A DNA stretch of 63,999 nt, filler included, from Sphaeroforma arctica JP610 (Eukaryota): NCBI RefSeq assembly GCF_001186125.1. It is 7 parts of 5 records of this genome, joined end to end, with 100 filler letters (N's around TTAATTAATTAA, not from the genome) between each part and the next. Parts side by side here need not be neighbours in the genome. Positions count along the whole stretch, not along the records: positions 1 to 20,052 come from NW_014040521.1; 6 more parts are not named here. One strand, 5' to 3'. How positions within the stretch are numbered: the first letter of the stretch is position 1; the number at the start of each line of letters is the position of its first letter. Position numbers and translations under genes: made by a program. Of the stretch, positions 1 through 13,123 are shown in pieces. The notes beneath the pieces are model-generated. The model was not told where the DNA came from. It saw only the letters and a list, made by a program, of their open reading frames with translations, and ran no database searches.

Positions 1-1399
1 AAACTAAATCTTGCGCAAAAGGAGTAGTGTGCATAAAATTGAGCTGTACACGTTTCCTTCCAACGACAATATTATGACTGTATCCTCACCATCACAAACG
101 GAGTATTAAACAATCGAAACACTCACCTCATCGTCGATACTCAGACCTTTTGAAAATCCCAAGTCTTCCATAAAACTATCCACTTCGGGTCCAGCATTGT
201 AGTCAAATACAGGTGAACTCCAAGGTGACGAGGCACCCGACAACTGTGGCTGCGTGAATGCCATATATAACCTCTCACCCGTGTTTGGATTGATTGTTTG
301 GTTGCAACGTTGGTTGGTTGCCAGTGTTCGTCTGCTAGTTCTGATGATTTCTGATGATTGATTTTGAGTATATCTGAACGTTGAATCAAGTTTTGTCATG
401 TCCTAAGTGTTCGAGTCGTAATTGTAGTTGAAAATGATGATGGTATGCCTCCTAGTCATCCAATTCGTTCTAATCGCCAGTTGGCGATGTGGGCATGTGG
501 CACAAGGGTGTATATAAAAGACTGTCCGAGAGTTATTTTAAAATATAGCGCGAGTGTATTTACCTGTGTTCGCGTTGCAATCACTGTTACTCATTACCTC
601 AGTCGTGTTTATATGCCTCATCGACAATGTATCGAGTCATGGGCTGACCGCTGATTACAGTGATATATGTAATTAGGCTCATCCGCTCATGACATATTTT
701 TTTGGTCAAAACTACTGAAACTTTTTTTTTTTTAAACTGAAGGCTGACAGCAGTGACAGACGGCCTGTGGCCCTGTGAGCCCGGACTGCCCCGGAGGCCC
801 GAGGTGGAGGCCCGAGGGTCCCAGTCTCAGAGACTCACACTGGAGGGTGAGAATAAAATTATGTTGCCCAAGAGACCTCAGAGCAGCCATTTATATATAT
901 ATATTATTTTTTTTTAAATAATTGGCATTTGAAGACACCCAATATAAAATTTAAAATATTTACAAACTGAAATCAACAATCAGTTGTCAAATGTGCTGAC
1001 TGCTGAGTGCTGAGTGCTGACTGCCATAACGACGATGTTGCTAAAGAGTAAAGTTTTTTGGTTTTTATTTGTTAAATATATGTTGTGTGCATGACGTCAG
1101 CAAAGGTTTTTGACCTATGGTTTTAAGAGGAGTAAAAAAACCTAGTTACAGCTGTCAAAAGGAAGTGACGAGCGTGTTAGCAACGCGTTGTCAACCAGAA
1201 AAGAGACTCATTGATTCCAGCACTTTCAAGAATAGGACAATTCTACTCGAAGGAACTGAAGTAGAATTATTACTGGGGTGTAGACCATTGTAGAGGACGA
1301 CACAATCACCCAAATAAGAGAAATCTTGAAACCACCATATATAGAGCCACCGACACGCGCCACCTACGGATGTAGCCACCTACACACGCCACCACAATC

Positions 1400-2401
1400 A
1401 GTGCAACCTACATTTCCCAACTACGCTGGTCCAACAAGGAGATCACGGCAATGGCCCGGCGTCTATACTACTACCAATTGGTCATGGGCAAACCGCCAAT
1501 CTCAGATCGGGACAAAGCCAGACACGACAGCTTCAACCGCTGCCTTGAGTCTACACCAATCCGGCTCTGTGCTATGATTGTAGCAAATACGTACATGTTC
1601 ACATTGCTCGACTACCGCACTGACGGCTGTCTCTGCCCTACCTGCCCGGGTAGCCACAAGTTCAACACCAGCCCCTTTGCCTGCATCCATCAACTGATCC
1701 AATGCATCCTGATAGCCCAAAACTGCCTCTCATTTGCCCTGATCTCCTCCCGCAACTACAGGAGCGCCACAACTTCCATGGTATCTGGACCCTCTACGAA
1801 CACCATGGATCTTTTTTCCAGCATGTAGAACAACCCCTGTACCCACACCCGTCTCTGACATATCAACAGATGTTTCCTATACCCCGGCTAATCACGCTGT
1901 TGAAGTACTACTTCCAAATTTCGGTCCAAACCAATTTATCGCGCCTGTTGATTCCGCCTATGATACTTCCAATACAGCAAACCAGCACATACCGAGTGAA
2001 TCCGTGGTCTGGTGCGGCATCGGTTCACCCCCAACCTCGCTTCTTACCGAACTATGACGGATAACCTGGTCCTACTTGGCATTTCGTTCTCCGCACTGAC
2101 CCATTCCACAGCACTACACGATAAAGTCCCGATCCGAACCACAGAGGTAGGTACGCTATTTAGTAGGTCAGAAAGCGAATACGTGGCACACTCGATGGTG
2201 TCAGGTTTTTGTCAGCACCGGCCTGAATTGACCCAGCGCTTATCCTCCATTGTCGACTCACTTGGTCCAAGCTTCAACAGGGAATTTACTGACCACTTCT
2301 TCCCATCGATCTTCCCCGAACCACTACAGCGACTTTGAGAGCCATACCATATGTACAAACATTGTAGCTTAACTCCTTTGAAATAAATAACATTATCCCT
2401 A
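1400..2401 (+). mobile_element. Possible 3' fragment of a non-LTR retroelement (Cys-rich CLCPTC...H region, A-rich end)
   Basis: ORF pieces 1451-1828 and 2012-2338 carry a CxCPxC motif; the segment ends in AAATAAATAACATTATCCCTA. No RT motif is seen here. Confidence 0.3.
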
Positions 2402-3988
2402 CGAACAAAATATGTTCTAACCAATCACTTGGTCCCAATTTTAAATTTTGGCACTCAACCATTACTACACATATGTCTCGGACAGTGCGATGAAGTCGCT
2501 GAGTGAGGAGCTGAAGTTGAATCAGGATTTACGTTTGCAATTTTGAAGAATACAGTGTTGATATGGCGTTCGAAGCTCTTGGCGAAAGAGTAGCCCAAGT
2601 TCATATTTGTCCTCACCAGTCGTCTAGCTAGGGATAATATTATTTATTTCAAACAAACAAAAAAGATAAGTTANNNNNNNNNNNNNNNNNNNNNNNNNNN
2701 NNNNNNNNNNNNNNNNNNNNNNNNNNNNNNNNNNNNNNNNNNNNNNNNNNNNNNNNNNNNNNNNNNNNNNNNNNNNNNNNNNNNNNNNNNNNNNNNNNNN
2801 NNNNNNNNNNNNNNNNNNNNNNNNNNNNNNNNNNNNNNNNNNNNNNNNNNNNNNNNNNNNNNNNNNNNNNNNNNNNNNNNNNNNNNNNNNNNNNNNNNNN
2901 NNNNNNNNNNNNNNNNNNNNNNNNNNNNNNNNNNNNNNNNNNNNNNNNNNNNNNNNNNNNNNNNNNNNNNNNNNNNNNNNNNNNNNNNNNNNNNNNNNNN
3001 NNNNNNNNNNNNNNNNNNNNNNNNNNNNNNNNNNNNNNNNNNNNNNNNNNNNNNNNNNNNNNNNNNNNNNNNNNNNNNNNNNNNNNNNNNNNNNNNNNNN
3101 NNNNNNNNNNNNNNNNNNNNNNNNNNNNNNNNNNNNNNNNNNNNNNNNNNNNNNNNNNNNNNNNNNNNNNNNNNNNNNNNNNNNNNNNNNNNNNNNNNNN
3201 NNNNNNNNNNNNNNNNNNNNNNNNNNNNNNNNNNNNNNNNNNNNNNNNNNNNNNNNNNNNNNNNNNNNNNNNNNNNNNNNNNNNNNNNNNNNNNNNNNNN
3301 NNNNNNNNNNNNNNNNNNNNNNNNNNNNNNNNNNNNNNNNNNNNNNNNNNNNNNNNNNNNNNNNNNNNNNNNNNNNNNNNNNNNNNNNNNNNNNNNNNNN
3401 NNNNNNNNNNNNNNNNNNNNNNNNNNNNNNNNNNNNNNNNNNNNNNNNNNNNNNNNNNNNNNNNNNNNNNNNNNNNNNNNNNNNNNNNNNNNNNNNNNNN
3501 NNNNNNNNNNNNNNNNNNNNNNNNNNNNNNNNNNNNNNNNNNNNNNGGACTGCCTCTTGTTAAGAGCCTAAATATCCTCGATCACACAGGGCGTACCTCT
3601 AACTGTTCTTTATTGAATAATTTTCACTAGAAGTACTAAGTGTTCATGACCACATACCTAATTTGTAGATAGACATAATAACGTTAGTCACGTTAATACA
3701 TTAGCTGATATAAATAAAGTTCCATCTGAAGAAAAGTTAAAAAAAGAAAAAGACTTATTGGATTTTGGAGATTGGCGGGAGGATCAAAATCTATAAGTAG
3801 TAGTTCGGAGATTATAAAATTTAGTTTATAATATCCTACATCTATTAATGTCTCAAATAGGTCCAAGTAGATGAGTCATACCAAATACTCAGGCTATTGG
3901 AGCCATCAAAGTGCATTTAGAACACTTTGGAAATATTGGAAAAAGAGCTTGTAATAAATTATTTGAAATACAAATAAAAACCAATGTA

Positions 3989-5165
3989 TTATCTCAATTG
4001 ATCTTGATATTTTAGACTGACCGGAGGCCGTATTTCTACAAGGCAACCTCTGAGGTAGTCCGCAAATGGTCGCGCGGGAAGCAGGCCACAAAAGTAGAGT
4101 AAGTTTGTTTTTTGTTTGGGAAACCGAGGGTATACGGTGCCCGTGATGATGGCTGCTGCTTGGATGAGTGCTGAGTTAAAGCGCTCGAACAGGGGGTCCA
4201 ACGCATCCTTCCAAATAGGCGGAGCCCAGGCAATAATGTTCAGGCCATATGTAGTCGTGGATAGGATGAATGTTTTGAAAAGCACCAGTCGATTGCGGGG
4301 GTGTCGCCAGCTGAATTCATGGAAGCCATAAGTACGGAAAGAGGCGATACCCAGAGACAATGCTGCAACCAGGGATTACATATGTCTGGCGACGTTGATC
4401 CCTGGTATTCCGTGAGAGAGTGGGAACCCCAGATGTTTGGTGTGTTTCGGTTTGGCATGTGTGGGCGCCATCGTCAGGGGGAGGTAACGTGTGTTCCAAG
4501 GTGCGTCTGCAAGAGTCGGCGTGATAAGCTCACCATTTATACGAAAGGTTAGCACCGCGTGTCGCAAGTCGGTAGGTCGTACTCGGGGTTTAATGACACC
4601 CTATTCGAGGCCAGGTTTGCGTCCCCACGCATCAATGCCATCTAAGAAGGGCTGAAGCGGAACCAATTGAGGGGCTTGGATCCGTGTGTCATCGACAAAT
4701 AAATAAGAGCGGAGGAGCTTGGGCCGAAATTGTGCTAGCGTGACAGTTAAGGAATCCATGTAGATAATAAAGAGCTGGTGGCCGACGATTGAGCCTTGTA
4801 GGATGCCATTCGTTCTATGGAATAGAGACGAAAGCGTGCAGCGATATGTCACTCGGGTAGGGACCCTCTCAAATAGCGCGCGGAGGCAGTTAATACAGTT
4901 TTTGAGCATTCCAGCGTGGCGCAGAAGTACCCATAGGCGTGGGAGAGCAACCTTTTTTTGTATGCCTTAGTGATGTCCAAACAGACGTCGTTCCACTCCT
5001 CTTCTGACTGTGTCTCAGATTCCATGGCGGCAAGTGCTTGGGTAAAACAGGAGTACCGTGATTTGAAACCAGCTTGGGTAGTATGGGTAGCAGAGCCGGG
5101 GTGGCTTCTAATCAGATTAAGAAAGCACTTTTCAAAGATGCGTCTGACTACTGAGTTTTGGATCC
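3989..5165 (-). mobile_element. Degenerate non-LTR (LINE) reverse transcriptase
   Basis: Minus-strand translation gives RRIFEK, QAGFK, LDITKAY (then a frameshift), GILQGS and YLFVDD, followed by a thumb-like region LFKTFILSTTTYG. This is the LINE RT motif order. Confidence 0.85.
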
Positions 5166-5407
5166 AATAATTCTGATGATAGAGTGATCAGAAATATAGC
5201 GGGAATACCGGTAGGTGATACCGGGACTCCCGCGTGTGAGAGAAACGCTGAAGTAATAATTGAGTCTGGTGCAGAAAACAACAAACACAAATAAAGACTC
5301 AATGCGAGTCCCTCAGCCTAAGACTTTACCTAGCTGAGCGATTCGCATTTGAGAAGAGGTATATTGTTTCCGTTGGTCGTATCTTTCAGTCACTCTCAAA
5401 CTCTACA
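5166..5407 (+). mobile_element. 5'-truncated LTR related to the element B LTR
   Basis: Diverged reverse complement of 6698-6935; contains AATAAA and ends ...CTCTACA at 5407, abutting Gypsy RT sequence. Confidence 0.75.
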
Positions 5408-6697
5408 TACATGTACTAACGCAGCAGTTCCAACATACATTGAGCACAATCCTGGACGGACTACCAGTACATCACTACATCGATGATATAGTGATTGCCA
5501 GTGATGATTACGATGAACACAACCGTACAGTAAAGGAAGTCATCAAGCGTCTTACATACCATAGTAATAAGCTGAACCCAGCCAAGTGCCACTTCGCAAC
5601 TGCGGAGGTAATGGTACTAGGCAAGAAGGTATCAGCGCATACCATCGATGTGAATTATGTGAAACAGGCAAAGCTGCTAGATTGGCCAACCCCACAACGT
5701 TACAAGAACATAGCGTCAGCATTAGGCTTAGCAAACTATCTCCACGAGCACTTCCCCAACTATGCCCACATTGTAGCACCGCTACGGGAGCTCTGCAAAC
5801 TCAAACCGAATGAGCTAATTGGTGAACGGTGGGATATACATATGTTGTTGGAAGTTGTTTCCTAGTTACTTTGAACTAGCACAACAGATATTTGGTCTAA
5901 ATAATGTATATGTGTTTGCGGGCCCACAGAACACACAACTACCTCGATTCTGATCCACAGATGACAAGAAGGGGCGTTTAATCACGACTGGTCGTTAGCG
6001 GATGGATGGATGAACCCATCTTGGAAATTGATGCACAAGTTGCTTAGGAAGATCAAGACAGAGGAGGCATCCGCCACAGTAGGTTTACCTTGGGTGCCAC
6101 GGGCGCCATGGTTCGACTTTCTCAAGCAGCTACTTCAAGCGGAACCGGTACTGGTGCCTAGAACACCACATACATTCCTAAAGTTTGGTAAGTATGCGTG
6201 CGGCAAGACACCTTGGAGTCATACAGTGATAGTGAGACTAAGTTCATCCAATAATTCAAAACTGGATCCCCTCTTCTCACAGCGACTGAGTTTCGCAGAG
6301 CCAAGCCATATACCGTATGTAAAATATTTGGACACAGCACGAGATATATCGGTCGCCATGGCTGAAGGAGAAGGTCAGCCGTCAAGATACGCTACGCAAA
6401 GGTTTCCACCCGATGATCAGTATTGATACACGATACCCATGGGATCCAGTCTATAGCTGGGTTACATCCCGATGCCGATTCTACATCCTATACGTACTAG
6501 ATGTAGCCACGGGCTTTTCGATCCTTCGCGCCACCCCGGACAGAACCAAGGAGACAACCGTACAAGCCTTAATAGGGACTTTTGGTGCACACGGATTTCC
6601 ACACATGATACAGACGGACATAGGGTCGGAATTCACATGTAACATGATACTGGAACTTTCAGTGAAGGATGTATGGATGCTACACAAGGTGTCACCA
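5408..6697 (+). mobile_element. Ty3/Gypsy element A, pol fragment (RT YIDD - [RNase H deleted] - MTase - integrase)
   Basis: ORF 5440-5865 has HHYIDD, KCHF, VLG and WPTP. ORF 6413-6778 has VLDVATGF...QTDIGSEF (integrase core), cut off by an LTR at 6698. Confidence 0.9.
5846..6240 (+). pseudogene. Dam-like DNA N6-adenine methyltransferase domain in element A
   Basis: CWKLFPSYFELAQQIFG...VFAGPQNTQLPRF*...AFNHDWS...WMNPSW (6013-6024)...LPWVPRAPWF...TFLKFG...KTPWSHT; contains a stop and a frameshift. Confidence 0.8.
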
Positions 6698-7022
6698 TGT
6701 AGAGTATGGAGAGTAGCTGGAAGGTACGAGATAAAAGGATACAATAGACCTCTTCTCAAGTACGGTTATCTCAGCTAGGAAAAGTCCCTAGGCTGAGAGA
6801 ACCGAGCTGAGTCTTTATTTGTGTTTTCATTAGACTCAGGATTTACTTGAGTGTTTCTCTCACACGCGGAGTCCCGGTATAGCTTACCGGTTCTACCGCT
6901 AATATTTCTGATGACTCTAATATCAGAAATATTCCAACTCTAATTCCACAACTCAATATTTGATTATTCTGGGTTTTGAGATTTAGATTAGCTTCTTGAT
7001 AATCTGGTCCCTAGATGCTACA
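6698..7022 (-). mobile_element. 3' LTR of element B (325 bp)
   Basis: TGTAG...CTACA termini. On the minus strand it is preceded by a G-rich polypurine tract (plus-strand TCCCCCCAA at 7023-7031) and contains AATAAA. Confidence 0.85.
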
Positions 7023-9206
7023 TCCCCCCAACTTTATGCTTCTTAGCCTGCGTAGGTGTAGAAAGTGACATCTTACAGTACTAGATTATCTAGAAGTTGG
7101 TGTTTGTATACAGGGAAAATCTTGTCCCTTAGGGGGCATAAGATAAAATACCTGCCACCATTATCTATTACATATTACCGATTAATTAAATTTATACTAT
7201 AGCAGGAGTCCTCTACCACGCTCATCGGAGTCAGTCTTCACCGGTGCTCTCGGTTGGTCTCAACTTGGCTTAGGAAAACGCATCTTAACGGTGGCTCTGC
7301 AACCGAGTCTCTGGTCCTTGTTCCTCTGGTGTGTGGGGGGAGCATGCTTCTAGGCGAGAAAAGTGGGAGTGTCCTGTGGTATCAGTGAGACTTGCTTAGG
7401 TCCCCCGCCTCGTGCACTGTCGGTGGTTTTAGGGTTTAGGGTTTAGGGTTTTAGGGTTTTTTGTCGCTGGCTTCTTTGGCCTTGACTGCCTTTTTTTACG
7501 TCTCCGGCGTTGACGGTATGTTACCTGGGATCCATCACCTCGGATGGACGGCCTGTCGTCGACTATCGAGGAGAACTGAGTCTCTTCGTTTGGATGTACG
7601 TGATTGTTGGAAGTAAATGCTTCCGGAGCATTGGCCTTTTTTACGAGGCCAAGTAGCTCATCACTGATCGAGTCAGGATATTCGGGGGCTTTAGTCTCAT
7701 CAAGGTTACAAACAAAATACCCGTTGCCCTCCCTGCATACTATTTTGTATGGTCTGCCATTTGGTGCTGTTAACTTGTTCATTTCACCTTGATAGCGGAC
7801 CATGACAAGGTCCCCTTCGTGGAAGTTTACATACTTCTGTTGGTATTTTCGATCGTATGCTGCTCGGATCTTCTCTTGATACTGTGCAACATTGCTCTCT
7901 AGTTGTGGCCTAATGGCTTTTTCTAGATTTTGCAGTCGCTCTTCTCAAGATACTATAGTACTGGATGCGGTCACTGGCTCATTGTAGTCCGTGAGTTGAT
8001 TCTGTCTGTGACCAAAGTACACATTAAAGCGCGGTGACTTGTGTCTTCTGGATGTACGCAGATTATGGCCCATCTGTACGAATGGAAATTGTGAACACCA
8101 GTTACCTGGATTCTGTTCAACAAATTTTCATAACAGTGGCATGAGGTCTCTATGTGATCGTTCGTTCGCGCCTAAGACTTTAGGTTGATGCGGCCGAGTG
8201 ACTAAGTGTTGCATTGGCGCTTGTTCAACAACTTTTGAGAGTATGTTGTTAACATATTCCGTGCCTTGGTCTGTTTGTATGATTTGTGAAAATCCATATT
8301 CACACATAGTTGGTGCCAGTGTGCGTGCTATGATAGCCGCTGATTTGTCCATCATTGGATGCAAAATGACGTACGATGAATATACATCAAGCCATACTAA
8401 CACGTATGTGTGTCCTCTATTGGAATCCAATAGTGGCCCTATGCTGTTTACTTGGACTCTATCGCTTGGATATGCGGCTGTAATTGATTGCAAGGGGTGA
8501 AACTCCTTTTTGTGTATTTTATTTTTGAGACATGTTATACATCCGTCAATGAACTTGTGTACATGTTGTTGGATATCAGCCCAATCATGTCCATCTGCTT
8601 GCAACTAGTGTACTGTTTCCTCAGGAGTGGAATGTCCCAAGTTGTGGTATTGCTCGATGATATTCATACGTGTCTCATATTCTGTTGACTGTGGTGCGTC
8701 TCCAGAGTGAACTGGTTCTGACGCTGCAACGTGTATGGCAGGTTGTTCCCGCGTCGAGTCAAAGTATGGAGACTTAGCTCCTATCTTTGCGACTAATATG
8801 ATACCCCATGGGGTCTTGCCACAAGCCTTCTTGCCCTCTTTGAGGAACGTATTGTTTTGTGTTTTCCACTAGCATCGGGTCTTCTTCTTGTAAAGACAAG
8901 GACTTTAGAAACCACGAGGCATCGGAGTAGCATGGTATACATATCGTGATGCTGGTTACCTCTTCAATGACTTTGTCAAGGACATCAGGTATGAGTTCCC
9001 ATGGTGGATTCGCCCATGCATTCACTTCCTGCGCCCACTTTTGTTGTAGCGCATTCTGTTCTTTGATGTAGTATTTATCTGTGTGCGCATTGTGTGCCGA
9101 TGCAAACAGATCTACCGTGAACTTCCAAAACCTTCGTTCTGCTTCTTGATAGAATCTGGGGTGTAACATCCAGTCTATAGCCGATATGGTTATTGTTAGC
9201 GTGCGG
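7023..9206 (-). mobile_element. Ty3/Gypsy element B, 3' half (MTase - HHCC/DDE integrase - basic tail)
   Basis: ORF 8128-8604 has CITC, LDVYSS, QTDQGTEY and NERSH; ORF 7429-7803 has a GRPY (GPY/F-like) motif; the MTase ORF is 8774-9169. Confidence 0.9.
8780..9175 (-). pseudogene. Dam-like DNA N6-adenine methyltransferase domain in element B
   Basis: DWMLHPRFYQEAERRFWKFTVDLFASAHNAHTDKYY...NALQQKW...AWANPPW (8999-9010) ELIPDVLDKV...CIPCYSDASWF; after a frameshift, TFLKEGKKACGKTPW. Confidence 0.9.
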
Positions 9207-11097
9207 TGTGGGGGACTAATAGTAAAGTGCTAGTGTATGTAAAGTATGGTGCATTTGAATGAATTTATTTATGGTCTCACCCTCAGGTATATACTAATGG
9301 TGTTTGTACTAGTGTTCAACCACTTAGGTTGGCCAGGGTAAAAACTCATATGATCAGTATGAGAAACCTTATTCAGAACACTTTAGCTCTAGAAATAAAT
9401 ATACCATATTCTCTGTTACTACACTCAGTCTCGGACCTCGGTTCTTGGCTAGCCGGTGGCCCGTATCCTATAAATAGAATAATCTGAAGAAGAAGTCTTA
9501 TTTACTCCAAAAGGATATCCTCTCTTATATTCACGGAATAGACAAAGGTTGATGAATGGGGTAATCGAGGTTATACGTGTGAGATACGATTGCCTCTGTC
9601 AGTGAATTCTCTCTAAACAGGTTGAAAGATCGACGTCCACGGTAATCGAGCATATGATCACTTGTTCATTCTAGTGAGTATTTGTAATATAACGATCGAG
9701 TTACTTATGCGGACATAACAATTGGGTCTCTCTGGGGAGTAATTAGGATATGTTTAAGATATGAAACACGTGTAGGTTTGAGTTATCTCCCTCGAAAAGA
9801 AAGATAAAGAATTTTGTAAGATAATACAACGATATGTTTCTCTCCTCGAGAGTATAAATTTCAATACTAGCGAAATGATTAGCCAATACATAAATTACAG
9901 TGACTGATTACCCCTATACTTAAAAAGTTGTTTATATAAGGGTAGCAGTCAACAGAGGTAGGTTATTACCAGTAGATAAGTTATCATTTTAGGACAGAGA
10001 GCGGAATTGGTTCGAAAATAAAGATTGAGATGTCTGTAGGATAATATAATGAGAGTAGAAATATGATTAGCCAATGCATAAATTACAGTGACTGACTATT
10101 TCTTCAATTAAGGAAGTTGTGTATATAAGGGTAGTGTTAGAGTGCAATGTAGTAGACTTTAAATAAAGTGCAAATATCTAAAGAATAGTGCGTTCGAATG
10201 AATTTATTAATGACCTCACCCTCAGTTATATACTTATGGTGTTTGTACTAGTGTTCAACCACTTGGGCCAGCCAGGGTAAAAACTTATATGATCAGTATG
10301 AGAAACCTTATGCAGAACACTTTAGCACTCGGATATATTTTCTAGAAATAAATATATCATATTCTCTGTTATGTACACTCAGTCTCGGACCTCGGCTCTC
10401 GACTAGCCGGTGGCCTGTGTCCTATAGATATAATAATCTGAGAAGAATTCTCAAAGTACCTTTACGTTCTCTCGGGCGGAGCCACCTATACATATATTAA
10501 TTTGAGGGCAAGTCCCAAATTGCTCTCGGGCTGACGACGTAAAACATTATTAACATATTTAGAAATACGTCTACTCCTGTAGTCTCTCAGGTAGTTGTGT
10601 ATATAAGGGTAGTTGTCGACAGAGATAAGTTTTTGTCAAAAGAAAATTTATTGCCTTTAGTGTAGAGAGAGCAATGGGCCCCCTCCCCCCCCCCCCCGCC
10701 CGATAAAATAACCGCAGTCGAGGGTTGCCTATTTTTGTGTGTGAATAGCAATAGCAAGGAACGGTTCAGACCAAAAAGCTATGAAAACTCAGGGAGTTAC
10801 AGCTGTTCTATTCTACTAGGTATATAGCTAGCCTGGCAGGTTAGCTATATAATTAACTGCTTATGGTGTGGGTGGCCTTTCCTCTTATACTTTCTTTGGA
10901 GTGAACCCCGTCAGGGATGAGAGATCATAAATGACAGCGATACCCATGGGAGCCGGTGGGACCCTTTATATGGGTCAGTTGTATGGGGCAGAGCTCTTCT
11001 AAAAGGTAGTGAAGAGTTACATATGGTTGGCTTCTGTGGTTTAAAAACCAGAAATAAAGCATAAGACCAGATGCCAGCATCACTGTGAGACTCACTA
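9207..11097. repeat. ~1.9 kb non-coding, LTR-like insertion with internal direct repeats
   Basis: A ~240-bp diverged direct repeat lies at ~9258-9497 and ~10197-10451. An ATGATTAGCCAAT...TATATAAGGGTAG module recurs at ~9876 and ~10063, with its TATA end again at ~10595. The block separates elements B and C. Confidence 0.55.
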
Positions 11098-11705
11098 ATC
11101 AAACAGATCCGAAAGACTTTAATGAACCGCCGATTTTAAAGTGGATTAGTTAGCCATTAGTAAAGGCAGGTTGACCACTGACGCTGACGTACGACGTTTG
11201 GTCACCAGCTCATGTTCCCATTTATGTACCTGTTGCGTGACGTGTAGTTTGTACTTGTCTGACACAAAGTTCGTGTTTGTCGTCGAAGGCCCAAAAGTTT
11301 ATCTCGAGGTATGGGAAGGGGTACTTCACTGCCTGATAGAGTACATCGAGCCGCATCCATAATGGTCTCGTTAGCATCTAAGTACTGGCGTAGTCGTTGC
11401 CGTATATCCTCAGGTTCCGATAAGTCTGGTGCCATGCGAATGTCGATCGGTTCAAGTAGCTCATCCATAACATTCCGATTGATTTTTGGAAACGGAGTTG
11501 ATAGTCCAGTAAGACCTAAGCCCGATTCGCCCATACTATCCATTCCCAGAATTACATCAATATTATCGGGTAAATTCATATGTTCAAACGTACAATCTGC
11601 AGCAGACTTTGTACCATATTGAACCGTCGTGGCATGTGTCTTGCCGAGGCGCGGAGTGCGGGAAGCTTTGTCCGCCAAGTATATGTAACTATCCTTAGCT
11701 GGTGG

Positions 11706-11999
11706 TGTAATAGTTAGTTACGCCTTTGCTGCGGATGCCTGAGTAATAACGGAGCGGTTCGCCCCCGTATCAATGAGTGTGCGCATCGCATGTCCGTTGA
11801 CTTGTAACGTAACATATACACGGTTGTCAGTAGAGAACAATTTATTTTTTCCTGTAATAGTTAGTTACGCCTTTGCTGCGGATGCCTGAGTAATAACGGA
11901 GCGGTTCGCCCCCGTATCAATGAGTGTGCGCATCGCATGTCCGTTGACTTGTAACGTAACATATACACGGTTGTCAGTAGAGAACAATTTATTTTTTCC
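11706..11999. repeat. Exact 147-bp tandem duplication spanning the protease DTGA motif
   Basis: 11706-11852 and 11853-11999 appear identical on direct comparison; the segment is single-copy in sibling element G. Confidence 0.9.
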
Positions 12000-12510
12000 T
12001 GCAAATATTCTTGTAGCCGTTCGACCAAACGTCAAGCACATGTTTAAGTCAGACACCCCAACATATCAATTTGAGCTTGGCTTCTCTTCCCAATCCGCTG
12101 GCCCTTGCTCGGCCTCCATCAACTCATCTTCACTATCGACATACGACTCGTCGACGAAATCATGAATATGCATCACCTCACTCTCTCCTACCTCAGCTGG
12201 CGTCGGATCAGGCATATGATCACCCCCATCGACGAGATTAACTCGAGGTCGGAATGTATTACCCGGCGCCTGTTGTGTGCGCGTGGATGTTCCCCCAGCC
12301 GATGTACGGTGCGGTAGCGCACCTCCACGTTGCGTATGGCTGCCCGTGTTAGTTGATGTCGGTGCTCTCAGTAACTTAGGGCAACGTGGTGCGTGTACTG
12401 GGCCAGGAGGGAGATTCTGTTCACATGACCGACAACGAGCCCTAGGGTTTGATGCTGGCGGCGCATGCGGATTAGCTCGTGTGTTGGCCTCCACACGCGT
12501 TCGTGTGCGT

Positions 12511-12882
12511 TGTGGTCAAAACCAAGTAACACTTAATAAAGAGTGTTAAGTCTGAAATAAGTGAACTCAGTCAGAAGTGCCATTGGGAATGGCGCGCCTG
12601 CTATATTTATTAATCACGATCCTATGTGGAACGAGACTTTATATGAAAATACCTGTCTCTATGGTTTCAGATGAGTCATCACTTCTATATCAATAAATTC
12701 TCTATTCCACTAATCGCTCCGGTCCTCTGGTCCACTCCTCAAATAATCCCATAGGTCCGGTCCTCTAGTCCGGTCCTCAAATATTCTCCTAGGTCCGGTC
12801 CTCTGGTCCGGTCCTAAATTCCTCTGTAAGGTCCGGTCCTCAGATCCGGTCCTAAATATCCGCCTAGGGTACTTTGTCCACA
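12511..12882. mobile_element. Solo LTR (372 bp) with 4-bp TSD GCGT
   Basis: TGTGG...CCACA termini with GCGT on both sides; the empty site is seen in the sibling copy at ~23971-23990; internal GGTCCGGTCCTC repeats at ~12717-12856. Confidence 0.9.
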
Positions 12883-13123
12883 GCGTAAACGTGAACCCCC
12901 GGGGATTTGTAGCGGTCGGGAAAGGTTTGTCCGACGGTGTTCTTCCGCCTTGTCAATATTCACCCGAAATACATCACGTATATGTGCCGCGGAATATTCT
13001 CGCCAGTTAGGGTGCATACGAAGAGTTTCACGGTAATCTGCGCCCCCCACAGGTTGAGCATACCATGGTTGCGGTACACTTGTAGTGGATTCTCATACTG
13101 TCGCATCTCCATAAAGTCAACTT

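Larger units (their letters stand above)
11098..13123 (-). mobile_element. Ty3/Gypsy element C: gag-protease-RT start fragment (same family as G)
   Basis: Protease motifs LIDTGANRS and DVILGMD; Gag CRSC-x9-H-x3-C; VNLPLL...FRICL at the RT start. Closely similar DNA at ~23190-24130. Confidence 0.85.

Noticed and set aside
106..399. 97-aa minus-strand ORF
   Set aside because: No recognisable motif, and context is cut by the window edge, so no call can be supported.
5166..6935. Inverted repeats 5166-5407 / 6698-6935 as TIRs of a DNA transposon
   Set aside because: Both are copies of one LTR family in opposite orientation; the right copy has a PPT and belongs to element B.
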